This document shows, one piece after another, positions 18,375-27,283 of a DNA stretch of 64,000 nt. The position numbers and the translations under genes were made by a program. Under the pieces are notes generated by a model. That model saw nothing but the letters and a program-made list of their open reading frames with translations. It ran no database searches and was not told the origin of the DNA. Source of the DNA: Dehalococcoidia bacterium (GTDB lineage Bacteria > Chloroflexota > Dehalococcoidia > Plut-88900); the NCBI GenBank assembly GCA_965207225.1, contig CBDBLV010000005.1:1952001-2016000 (forward strand), in the 5' to 3' direction. Position 1 is the first letter of the stretch; each line of letters opens with the position of its first letter.

Positions 18375-19466
18375 ATGAATATAAGCAGCTACAACATCAC
18401 TGAAGTCGGATATCACTACATAGGCTTGCGTGTGCTTGATGGTATGGGAACCTCAGCCCAGCGCAGCCAGCAAGTGGAAGTCATATCCAGAAACGTCCGG
18501 AAATTTGTGAGCGACAGAGCTTTGCGTCTCATGCTGCCAGATCCCAGGGGAACATTCCTCACGGTAGGCCAAAAGATCTGTGAGGAACTGGTTCACTTCC
18601 GATTTGCCCTCTCGGAACGTGGCGGCCCTTACGAATTGACTACCACTGGCCGGGATGTTCTCGGTTTACTGAAAGAACAGCGGTACCTAGAGCTCCGTAA
18701 AGTGATGGCTTCTGTCCACTTAAGAACCTACGCCAATCTGCGTGCTATAGTACAGGCCCATCTTGATGGTGGAGCGATCTGGCAGCCCGTCGTGAGCTCC
18801 GTCCATGTCGACCAGCCGGGATATTTGCAGGGACTGCTTGAGCCTACTTTCGAGCGAGATGCGTCTGCCGCACTGGCTAAGGCCCTTGATCAGAACGCGT
18901 TGCCACCTCCCAAAAAGATAGAGGACATCTTACGTGCCAAAGTCATCACACATACGATGCCTGCGCAACGTATGAGGGTGGCCCTTTTCCGAGCCATCTG
19001 TGACCGCTTGGTTAGTCTCAGGCTGCTCAACAAAGCGCGCGCCGTCCGCCAGAAGTGCGAATTCGAAAAGACTTATTCGCCTTGTGTGGTGCAACATCCG
19101 ATGAAACCCTGGTATTCGCCTTTGCAAATACCGCTGAATAATGGCGAGGCGTACCGGATATTTGTGTCCGAACCAGAGGCAACCGATCCCAATTACCAAG
19201 ATGCCCTGTTGTCTGGGATTGACCAAGCTCTCTCTGAGATGTCTCCAATAGGAGGGTACTACGACATTCCAGACCTCCGTGACATTGTGTGCGAATACCT
19301 GATGATCCCGGAAGCCGCTTTTGACGACGGCCTGAATTGCTTGCTTGACCGACAGCCAGCAGTTTTGTCGGTGGGCTTACAGTACGACAAGATTACTGCT
19401 AGGCGGAGACCTCTCGTCCGAGGCCGTCAAAACGCTCAGCTGCACAACTTGATAAGGAGAATCTGA
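18375..19466 (+). CDS. Hypothetical protein with probable winged-helix domains
   Basis: EL...F.....YELTTTG wing pattern; C-terminal IPDLRD.VC..L.I....FD; TGATG coupling to the ATPase. Confidence 0.65.
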   Translation: MNISSYNITEVGYHYIGLRVLDGMGTSAQRSQQVEVISRNVRKFVSDRALRLMLPDPRGTFLTVGQKICEELVHFRFALSERGGPYELTTTGRDVLGLLKEQRYLELRKVMASVHLRTYANLRAIVQAHLDGGAIWQPVVSSVHVDQPGYLQGLLEPTFERDASAALAKALDQNALPPPKKIEDILRAKVITHTMPAQRMRVALFRAICDRLVSLRLLNKARAVRQKCEFEKTYSPCVVQHPMKPWYSPLQIPLNNGEAYRIFVSEPEATDPNYQDALLSGIDQALSEMSPIGGYYDIPDLRDIVCEYLMIPEAAFDDGLNCLLDRQPAVLSVGLQYDKITARRRPLVRGRQNAQLHNLIRRI

Positions 19467-20821
19467 TGCTCAATCTCCCCAGAAGACAAACTGCTCCGAT
19501 TCCGTCTCCATATGGACGGTTGGGACTCACCGACTTACCTTTCCCGTCTGAGCCGCTGTTGGACCCATATAGCAACGACCCTCGTCGTAATGGTTCCATC
19601 TACGCCCAATCTCCGGTGAAAGATGCCATCGAGAAATTCGACCAATTGCTTATCCGCCCCAATGACTTTCTGAACCGCGCGAAGATCGCGTCACTGTGGG
19701 CTGCTGGAGATAGCATAAGCGGTCGCGGAATGGGGAAGACCGCTCTGTTGCGATTCTTTCAGCAACGGATTAACTCGGATTGGGGCCTAACTCAGTTTGA
19801 GGGGCAGTTCTCAGCAGCGGTCATCTATGTGGCGTTTCCAGACCAGGTGGACCGCCGATGGATGGAGCAACTGGCGTGGGCTGCTCTTGTGGACACTTGC
19901 CAGAACGGGGTCCTAGATGTGGCAAGGGCTGCTCTACGCCGTGAATTCCTTACCGATGATCAAGTGATGTCTGTGATCGACGATAACGGAAACACTGACT
20001 GGGGCAGGCTGCTCAACGATGCTGTTCTCGCAGACAACGGCATACCTACCGGTGAGTTGGATCATAGTTTAGAGGCTCAATTGCTCAATGACGGAGTGGA
20101 GAGAGGACCAGCACGAGCTTTGGCAGCGGGCACATTTGAGGAGTTCCTACGCAACTTACGCAGAGACGGAAATCTTCGCCCTTACTACATCCCGCGCGAT
20201 ACAAAGGGTCTGGACTATTCCCGCGCGCTCTTCTTCAACGACATCGTACGTTATCTCCGTTCTGCTGGTTTTGCGGGAGGCTACCTGTTCGTAGACGACA
20301 TCGAGAACTTGACCGACCAGATGGCGCGTAGACATCGAGTCGAATTTGCCAAGGAGTTTGGTCTCTGCACGGTGCGCCCGGGGTACGCAAACACTGAGTA
20401 CGGGTTCTTCTCATGTGTGCTAACCACTCATCAGCAGTCCGTGGCGGGGATATCTCAAGCTTGGAGTGAAGCTGGTTTAGCAGCAATGGCTCGCCTAGAT
20501 CCAGGTGCGCCCACGTCAGTAGAACTCCCATTGCCGACGCCAGATCAAGCCAGGGCTATCATCATTGCACACTTGGACCACTTCCGCGTCAACGATGAAG
20601 ACAATGGGACCATAAGGCCCTTCACTGAAGACGGATTGCAAGCTCTGGTTGGGGTTAGCCAGCATCCCCGTATGCTGCTGGCTAACGGAGCACATATTGT
20701 AATGCAAGCCGTACAAGGCGACTCAACCGATATAGACGATACCTTGGTACAGGAGGCGTTGAGCGGTATGGCAACTTCCTCTGGCCCAGACTATACGGAA
20801 GGACTCGAGGGAGTTCTATGA
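19466..20821 (+). CDS. P-loop AAA+-type ATPase
   Basis: GRGMGKT Walker A, YLFVDDIEN Walker B, N-terminal Y..LGL...PF, C-terminal PFT..G...HPR. Confidence 0.8.
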   Translation: MLNLPRRQTAPIPSPYGRLGLTDLPFPSEPLLDPYSNDPRRNGSIYAQSPVKDAIEKFDQLLIRPNDFLNRAKIASLWAAGDSISGRGMGKTALLRFFQQRINSDWGLTQFEGQFSAAVIYVAFPDQVDRRWMEQLAWAALVDTCQNGVLDVARAALRREFLTDDQVMSVIDDNGNTDWGRLLNDAVLADNGIPTGELDHSLEAQLLNDGVERGPARALAAGTFEEFLRNLRRDGNLRPYYIPRDTKGLDYSRALFFNDIVRYLRSAGFAGGYLFVDDIENLTDQMARRHRVEFAKEFGLCTVRPGYANTEYGFFSCVLTTHQQSVAGISQAWSEAGLAAMARLDPGAPTSVELPLPTPDQARAIIIAHLDHFRVNDEDNGTIRPFTEDGLQALVGVSQHPRMLLANGAHIVMQAVQGDSTDIDDTLVQEALSGMATSSGPDYTEGLEGVL

Positions 20822-20959
20822 TTCCCTAGGCTCCCTATCCATTGTGAAGGAAACGTGGGAGTAACTGACAATCATCAAATAGCACAGCCACGAGAGCTTG
20901 GGGCGTTGAATCCAAGCTTGATTTCCTACAACATGGGTGGGGCGGCTAACTGGACGAGT

Positions 20960-21013
20960 TCACAATCCCATCCAAAGCTCGAAAACAGTTCTGCCTACCG
21001 TCAACTTAGGCCC
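20960..21013 (-). other. Detached 3' tail of LSR B gene (GPKLTVGRTVFELWMGL*)
   Basis: In frame with ...VLSTVKYG of LSR B when joined at the core; stop at 20960-20962. Confidence 0.8.
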
Positions 21014-21039
21014 ACCAGACTTGATAAAATCAAGAACCT
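20986..21039. other. att junction J2 (B tail arm | CC | A tail arm)
   Basis: cagttctgcctaccgtcaacttaggc CC accagacttgataaaatcaagaacct; left arm mirrors J1 right arm, right arm mirrors J1/J3 left arm. Confidence 0.85.
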
Positions 21040-21068
21040 TCAGCCTGTGCTTCAAGCTGGAGGTGTAA
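21012..21068 (+). other. Detached 3' tail of LSR A gene (PPDLIKSRTFSLCFKLEV*)
   Basis: In frame with ...VLDFVQSG/S of LSR A when joined at CC; TAA at 21066-21068. Confidence 0.8.
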
Positions 21069-21081
21069 GGACGGGCTCAGG

Positions 21082-23577
21082 GTGTCGGTAGGTACACGGT
21101 CACGGAAGAGAATCCGCCACGTGATATTGGTCGGCCTTGTAGTGATCCTGGCGGCAGGTTGTGACGAGTCGTCCACGCCGACCGATACCTCCACACCGGT
21201 ACCTTCAGCGACGCCAACGCCGGTACCCTCGGCAACGCCAACACCCACGCCGACCGACACCTCCACGCCGGTACCTGTGGCCACGAACACACCCACGCCG
21301 ACCGATACCTCCACACCGGTACCTTCAGCGACGCCAACGCCGGTACCCTCGGCAACGCCAACACCCACGCCGACCGACACCTCCACGCCGGTACCTGTGG
21401 CCACGAACACACCCACGCCGACCGATACCTCCACACCGGTACCTTCAGCGACGCCAACGCCGGTACCCTCGGCAACGCCAACACCCACGCCGACCAACAC
21501 CTCCACGCCGGTACCTGTGGCCACGAACACACCCACGCCGATTCCTACTACCACACCGGTACCCACGTCTACTCCCGTTCCGACGCCAACCACCACGCCA
21601 GTGCCTCCTACTGCCAAGTTGCCACCCAGCCCAATAGCGGGTTTGGAGCGCGGCGGGTGGCTGGAAGAGTACAGGCCGACATTGGCCGACCAGATCAAGG
21701 CGCTGTCCTGGGTCTCAGACGGCGTTCACGATACGGAGCGCGAGGCTGCTGAAGCCTTGATTGCTATTGCCGTGTGGCATCGCGACGTGTTTTTCAATCT
21801 GACGAGTAAGCGATGGGTCCAGAGCCTCATCAACACACACGAGGCCGCCGCCATTCACGAGATTTACTCAATTGCCAATTACGCCCCCGCACTAGCAGAC
21901 GCTGTGCTGGAGAAACCATGGGTGCAGGATGACATCACCCGGGACGAAGCCGTGGTAATTGACCGTCTGGAAAGCACCGTAAGAGCCGAGGACGAGTTCC
22001 TGCAAGAGCAGGTGATTCGCAAGGTCGTCGAAATCCTGGACATGCCATTCTTAGACACAGTTGAGAGTGCCGACGCTTCGGCGGTACGCGCACTGGAGAG
22101 TTATGAGGACGCAGGGTCGGCTGAGTTTCTGGAGCTTATGAACCACCCCACACTCAGTGACGGCATTGACGATGAAGAGGCAAAAACTGTTGCCTTGCTG
22201 GGCGGTACCAACAGGTATAAGCCGGAACTGGTGCCTGTCCTGCTGGACGGGACCAGCGTCTTCAAGGAGGAACGCATCATCAACCTACCCCACTCTGGTG
22301 AAGTGTTGCTGGCAATCATCCGGTTCCACGACCACACAGGGCCCAACATGGATTACCTGGAACACGCGGTGCGGCACCATGAGGGTTTCATGGGCGAGCC
22401 GCTGCCGACCAACTACGTGGCATGGTACTTTGTGGACTACACTTCCAGCGGATGGCACGAGGGTACTCACATAGCATCCAATCCGGAGCGCGACCCCGCC
22501 CTCGGTGAGTATTGGCGCGCGCCGAGGCACGCGGCCCATGAAACAGGCCATTACTACTGGACGGCTTCTCAGGCATGGATTGACGAAGGTGCAGCGGATA
22601 TGCTCGTCATACTCTCCGAGAATGCACGCGCCGGGCGACCACTGGTTCACAACCGGGAGCAATGCACGTTGTTCAACACCATCAGTGAGGTTGCCGATGC
22701 AGAAAAAGGCAGCGACGCGTATGACTGCTCCTACCGGTTGGGACAGCGACTGTTCCTTGACCTGTACCATGTCTTCGGTGAAGCAACTTTCCGGCAGGCA
22801 TTCCGTAGCCTCTACTTGAAACGATTACGTGATGACCCCACCGACGATTGCGAAGGCACCCAGCTGGGCATTTGCCACGTGGAATCGACCTTCAAGTCTG
22901 GTGTGTCGGACGAGGTCGTTGCAAAGGTTGACAAGGTCATCGGCCACTGGTTCTATGGAAGAACGGGTACCCACGATGGGGACCGGGCGGTCTTGGCGGC
23001 GTTGCACAGCGAGATGGGAGGGAGCAACTGGACCAACAACGCCAACTGGCTGAGCGACGCCCATATCGGGGAGTGGCATGGCGTTGCTACCGATGCCGAC
23101 GGGCGTGTCATTGAACTGAATCTCGAAGGCAATGCCTTGTCGGGCCAGATCCCGCCGGAATTGGGCAATCTTGCCAACTTGAGGGAACTTCTGCTCGGTT
23201 ACAACCAATTGCGTGGACCGATACCGCCGGAATTGGGCAGCCTCATCCAATTGACCCGTTTGGAATTGGACCACAACAGTCTCACCGGGGCAATACCGTC
23301 CTCCCTGAGCAGCCTCACCCAATTGACCCGTTTGGAATTGAACGACAACGCTCTGACAGGAAATATACCTTCCTCATTTGGAAACCTCACTCACCTAACC
23401 CGATTTGAACTCGATGGCAATAGTTTGTCCGGGGATATACACCCTTCTCTGGGCAACTTAACAGCGTTAAGGTTCCTGAGGCTGGCCGACGGAAACCGCT
23501 TTTCAGGTTGCATACCTTTGAGGTTGCATACCGTAGCGGACAAGGACCTAGCTAACTTGGGTTTGACAACTTGCTGA
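21082..23577 (+). CDS. Lipoprotein: Pro/Thr linker, HExxH zinc-metallopeptidase-like domain, C-terminal plant-type LRRs
   Basis: Lipobox LAAGC; AAHETGHYYW...WIDEGAA; L..N.L.G.IP..LG.L..L repeats. Confidence 0.85.
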   Translation: MSVGTRSRKRIRHVILVGLVVILAAGCDESSTPTDTSTPVPSATPTPVPSATPTPTPTDTSTPVPVATNTPTPTDTSTPVPSATPTPVPSATPTPTPTDTSTPVPVATNTPTPTDTSTPVPSATPTPVPSATPTPTPTNTSTPVPVATNTPTPIPTTTPVPTSTPVPTPTTTPVPPTAKLPPSPIAGLERGGWLEEYRPTLADQIKALSWVSDGVHDTEREAAEALIAIAVWHRDVFFNLTSKRWVQSLINTHEAAAIHEIYSIANYAPALADAVLEKPWVQDDITRDEAVVIDRLESTVRAEDEFLQEQVIRKVVEILDMPFLDTVESADASAVRALESYEDAGSAEFLELMNHPTLSDGIDDEEAKTVALLGGTNRYKPELVPVLLDGTSVFKEERIINLPHSGEVLLAIIRFHDHTGPNMDYLEHAVRHHEGFMGEPLPTNYVAWYFVDYTSSGWHEGTHIASNPERDPALGEYWRAPRHAAHETGHYYWTASQAWIDEGAADMLVILSENARAGRPLVHNREQCTLFNTISEVADAEKGSDAYDCSYRLGQRLFLDLYHVFGEATFRQAFRSLYLKRLRDDPTDDCEGTQLGICHVESTFKSGVSDEVVAKVDKVIGHWFYGRTGTHDGDRAVLAALHSEMGGSNWTNNANWLSDAHIGEWHGVATDADGRVIELNLEGNALSGQIPPELGNLANLRELLLGYNQLRGPIPPELGSLIQLTRLELDHNSLTGAIPSSLSSLTQLTRLELNDNALTGNIPSSFGNLTHLTRFELDGNSLSGDIHPSLGNLTALRFLRLADGNRFSGCIPLRLHTVADKDLANLGLTTC
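21173..21540 (+). repeat. Three tandem 120-bp coding repeats (PT-rich linker)
   Basis: Lines at 21181, 21301 and 21421 identical; one substitution in the third unit. Confidence 0.95.
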
Positions 23578-24091
23578 ATTAGCAGCCTATCGTGGATTGA
23601 CTTGAAGCCTGTCGGGACAATACCGCAGGGAAAAATAACAAAGTACGTCACGTCGAGACTCTAATCATCAGGGGAGGTTGAGGGCGAGTTGGCTAGTAGG
23701 CTCCTGGGGACGGGCTTCGACGCTGAAACCTGCCAAGCTCTATCGTTTATGCCTTACGCTCTTCGCAAGCCTAGACCTGATTCTCATACGGAGAAGTTTC
23801 GTACTAAGAGCACTACAACGCATACAGCTAGTACACCACTAGACAAGTACGCAATCCAATCGTCGTCGGCGTGTAGCCAGCTCCACTGAAACCCAAGTGC
23901 CCTCTCGCAGTAGTGTAAGCACGCCTTCCAGGACCAGAGCAGTGATCGCGATGCCAAGCAAGCCGACGCACAGCCGTTCCAATGCGTCCATCAGCGTACA
24001 CCTTGTTCGCTCACGATGCCTCTATCCGTGATGAGAAAGCTAAATGGGTCGATGGCCTGACTTGGGTAACTCATTGATGGTGTGTTCGATG

Positions 24092-24598
24092 TCAGCTTGG
24101 GCTTGTCCTCGACGATTTTGTATTCGTATTTGTCATCGTCCGGCCCCAATTGGTCTCGACCCCCGGTTGCCAATTCTCTTGGCTCTCTTGCACTTGAACA
24201 TTCTCCCCGAGTTCCTCAGAGATGCGCTTCACCCCGGACTCGATCTCGCACGCCCAAATGACCCTCCACTTCCATCCAAGACTATCCAGAGCAGAGCGTG
24301 CCTGAGCATCCCTTTTCGCATTTCTTTCGATCTTCGTCGTCCAGTAATCCGTGTTGCTCTTGGGCATCCTTGATCTCTTGCATCCATGCCAGTGCCAGAA
24401 GCACCCATGGACAAACAACGCGACTCGATGGCGAGGGAAGACCAAGTCAGGACAGCCGGGGAGATCAGCACGGTGGAGTCGAAAGCGATGTCCCGCCCTA
24501 TGAAGAGCCTTTCTCACTTCCATCTCGGGTCTAGTGTCCCGTGACTTCACCTTGGCCATAATCGCGCTTCGCTCGCGGCTGTCTATCTGATCGGCCAA
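24092..24598 (-). CDS. vsr: Very short patch repair endonuclease
   Basis: RS.IM..VKS.DT.PE, LPG.PD, FVHGCFWH.H, W..KI.RN..RD, W.CE. Confidence 0.95.
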   Translation of the reverse strand: MADQIDSRERSAIMAKVKSRDTRPEMEVRKALHRAGHRFRLHRADLPGCPDLVFPRHRVALFVHGCFWHWHGCKRSRMPKSNTDYWTTKIERNAKRDAQARSALDSLGWKWRVIWACEIESGVKRISEELGENVQVQESQENWQPGVETNWGRTMTNTNTKSSRTSPS

Positions 24599-24610
24599 GA
24601 GTTAAGCCCC

Positions 24611-25567
24611 TTAGAGATTCTCGGGTACCCTTATCAGCAAAGACCTGTCGGCTTCCACGGCCTCCACACGTCTGTTGTACTGCTCCAACAATGTCTTGAA
24701 GCCTTCGGCCAATCCTCCTTTGCCGAATCCTCCTAGTTCTTCAAGATTCTGACCAACGAACGACTCGATAGCGAGAATCCCTACCCTATCTTGTACCTCA
24801 ATAGCCTCCGCCATCTGGCGAGCCGCTTGAAGCCTCGTATCGAGCACCAGGAGCATGGGCCGATAGCCATTCCGGATATTCTCCTCGCATTTGTTCAAGA
24901 CCGGCGGCATCGGCGCAACCGTTACGTGAAAGGCTGTGTCGCCCACCACAAAATCCCCTGGCCGCCCGAGTTGCCTGTCAGCGGTCGTGTAAGAGAAATT
25001 CTCTATCTCCAAATCAGGGTATCGAACCGCGAGCTTGGCCCCAACCAAGTGCTGGGCGACTGCGCCTCCCTTAGAGCCCGCAGCTGCCAAAATATCGGCT
25101 ACAATCTGCGGCGATGGCTTATTCAGATTCACCTCAACCTCAATTGCTTGCTGGTCAAGATAGTCCTTCACCCGCCCCACCAGCCAAGCTTGTAGAGAAT
25201 CGATGACCTGCCCGCGGTCTGACTCGGAGAGATCAACCAACGCCGCCGTCTCATTCAGTACCGCCGCAATGCCTTCAGCAGCAGGAACCGTAGCCCTTGT
25301 GGTTCTTCCTCCCTCGCTGGTGAACCGTCTATCCTCGCCGTGCCTGCTAAGTATCAACTGGATGAGGGAACCACTTGTTCGCACTTGATTCCCAGGCGTT
25401 ATGTAATTGCTCCTACTCAGCGGGTAAGCGCCTCTCATCCGTTCCAAGACAGCCAGACCGGCGCATATAACGTAGGTGTTTGGTTCTACACTAGGAGATG
25501 GCCTGTGACCGTCGAACCACGACCTAAGTGTGACAAGTGCCTCACTGTAAGCTCGTTGGCCAGTCAT
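24611..25567 (-). CDS. DUF4928-like putative restriction endonuclease
   Basis: GAVAQHLVGAKL...AD...R.GDF..GD..FHVT.AP; lies between C5 MTase and vsr. Confidence 0.7.
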   Translation of the reverse strand: MTGQRAYSEALVTLRSWFDGHRPSPSVEPNTYVICAGLAVLERMRGAYPLSRSNYITPGNQVRTSGSLIQLILSRHGEDRRFTSEGGRTTRATVPAAEGIAAVLNETAALVDLSESDRGQVIDSLQAWLVGRVKDYLDQQAIEVEVNLNKPSPQIVADILAAAGSKGGAVAQHLVGAKLAVRYPDLEIENFSYTTADRQLGRPGDFVVGDTAFHVTVAPMPPVLNKCEENIRNGYRPMLLVLDTRLQAARQMAEAIEVQDRVGILAIESFVGQNLEELGGFGKGGLAEGFKTLLEQYNRRVEAVEADRSLLIRVPENL

Positions 25568-26934
25568 GGCGACACCGACGTCCGTCTGCGAGCGACGGCC
25601 TCAACAGTCTCTCGACTGGACAACCCGGCGCGGCTCCGAGACCCGTTATCCTTGGAGTGCTCATCAGCAGGTAAGTCCCGGCACAATCTCGCCAGATGGA
25701 CAAGTAGCCGATTAGAGAGCCAACGAACCACCGGGACCGCCACGCCGTCGCCAATTGCCCTATAGGCGTCGTTGTACTTTGACGGAAGCCAGAAGGAATC
25801 TGGCACTCCCATAAGGCGCGCAGCCTCCCTTGGTGACAGTAGCCGAGACCTAATGCGGCCGTTGTCCAACACAAGGACGATCTGACGGCTTGAGCCACCC
25901 TGTGGTGTTCTCAGGCATCCCGCGACGCCGTCGAACCTTGCTTCAGCTCTTTGAACTCCCTCCCGTATCCTCTTGTAAACGAAGCCTACCGATTGACCAT
26001 TCTCAATGGCACTTTCCGTCTTCTTCCGATTCACGTCTGTCATCATAGCCAACAGACGCTCCGTCTCATCAGGCTCATGCCATGCCACGCTTGTAGGAGT
26101 CTCTTCAACCATGTCCTCGACGGCAGGAATAGAGCAGGTGGGCTCCGGCAGATTCCACCAACGCCATGATTCTGTGAGCGCCTCCGGCAACTGCTCATAG
26201 GCAGACCTAACGGACTTGGGGAACCATGGAACAGTCTCGTCGGCCTCTTCATTCACCAATAGGGAACAATCAACGCGGGAGTCTATGGCGACTACGAATA
26301 CTCTTGGTCGGGACTGAGGAAGGAATTGGCGAGCGTCGATCACAAGAGGACCGAACTGCATGCCCAGCGTTGCCAGGGACTCACAGAGAATCGGAAAGTC
26401 GTCCCCGTAGAGCATCCCGACGACGTTTTCGATGACTATGAGGGGCGGTCGCTGCCCCCGGTCAAGTGAATCACGCATCAGCCTCCAGAACTCCCAATAG
26501 GTCCCACTGCGCTCTGCCTTCATGCCCCTTCTAGAGCCCGCTAGCGATAAGTCTTGGCAAGGAAAGGACGCCCAAGCCATGTCAGTGTCAACGGGTAGTG
26601 AGTCAGTGGCTACGCTTGCTACGTCGCCCAGCACAAACTCTCCAGCGCCGAATTCGGCCTCATATACTTCCTGCTTTCGAGCGTCAATGTCGTTCGCCCA
26701 TGTGCATGACCAAGAAGGCTCTAGGCCAAGTCGAACAAGTCCAGCTCCTGCAAAGAAGTCCACAAACGTCAGTGGCTCACTGAGCGAGCGGACTGCTGTG
26801 TCCGCCCGATCCTGGTCGGCAGGTATGCCGTTGACTTGATGGGTCGAGTCCATATCAGTACGCGGCCCGTTCATTCGCTGCTCACCGATCATCTTTATCT
26901 TTCCTTTGCTTTCGGTGACAACGCCAGGGGACAT
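25564..26934 (-). CDS. dcm: DNA (cytosine-5)-methyltransferase
   Basis: FFAGAG, SFPCQD, IENV, PQSRPRVF, GDGV motifs; start uncertain. Confidence 0.95.
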   Translation of the reverse strand: MSPGVVTESKGKIKMIGEQRMNGPRTDMDSTHQVNGIPADQDRADTAVRSLSEPLTFVDFFAGAGLVRLGLEPSWSCTWANDIDARKQEVYEAEFGAGEFVLGDVASVATDSLPVDTDMAWASFPCQDLSLAGSRRGMKAERSGTYWEFWRLMRDSLDRGQRPPLIVIENVVGMLYGDDFPILCESLATLGMQFGPLVIDARQFLPQSRPRVFVVAIDSRVDCSLLVNEEADETVPWFPKSVRSAYEQLPEALTESWRWWNLPEPTCSIPAVEDMVEETPTSVAWHEPDETERLLAMMTDVNRKKTESAIENGQSVGFVYKRIREGVQRAEARFDGVAGCLRTPQGGSSRQIVLVLDNGRIRSRLLSPREAARLMGVPDSFWLPSKYNDAYRAIGDGVAVPVVRWLSNRLLVHLARLCRDLPADEHSKDNGSRSRAGLSSRETVEAVARRRTSVSP

Positions 26935-26961
26935 TCGACTTCGAATGAATGTCCAGCCACG

Positions 26962-27162
26962 TCATAGCAACCTACGCTTCGCGCCGGGCCGAGGATCGTA
27001 GGTGTTTGAGAACACATCCAAGACCTCCCGACGTATGAGCCAAGTGTTGCGGAGCTTCTCAGCAGGCAAGTCGCCCTGCCGACACAGACGCTTGACGGTC
27101 TCTGGATGCACCTGAAGTCGGCGCGCAGCTTCAATGGCGGTAAGATAGTTTTCGAGGGTCAT
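26962..27162 (-). CDS. Small HTH (excisionase/MerR-type) regulator heading the methylase operon
   Basis: YLT..EAA..L.VHPETV.R....G.LPA.K....W.I. Confidence 0.85.
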   Translation of the reverse strand: MTLENYLTAIEAARRLQVHPETVKRLCRQGDLPAEKLRNTWLIRREVLDVFSNTYDPRPGAKRRLL

Positions 27163-27183
27163 TCAGTTACCGATCCATCAGGA

Positions 27184-27204
27184 TATTGTTGTGTCGCAAC
27201 AATA
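27184..27204. promoter_or_regulatory. Palindromic operator between divergent HTH and relaxase genes
   Basis: TATTGTTG-N5-CAACAATA perfect dyad. Confidence 0.55.
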
Positions 27205-27283
27205 CCCAAGTCGCTGTGGCGCGTCAATAGGCGCTGCCACGCGCCCGTTGCCCGCTGCCCTTGGCCTTCGTTACGCTCAACGC

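Larger units (their letters stand above)
10017..21012 (-). mobile_element. Integrative element B1 (~11.0 kb)
   Basis: Bounded by J1 and J2; joining its ends gives a near-perfect inverted repeat and restores the LSR B reading frame with a stop. Confidence 0.85.

Noticed and set aside
21173-21540. CRISPR-like array
   Set aside because: Contiguous in-frame 120-bp repeats with no unique spacers, encoding a PT linker; no cas genes
23580-24090. Gene remnant between the LRR gene and vsr
   Set aside because: Only short ORFs without motifs or good RBS
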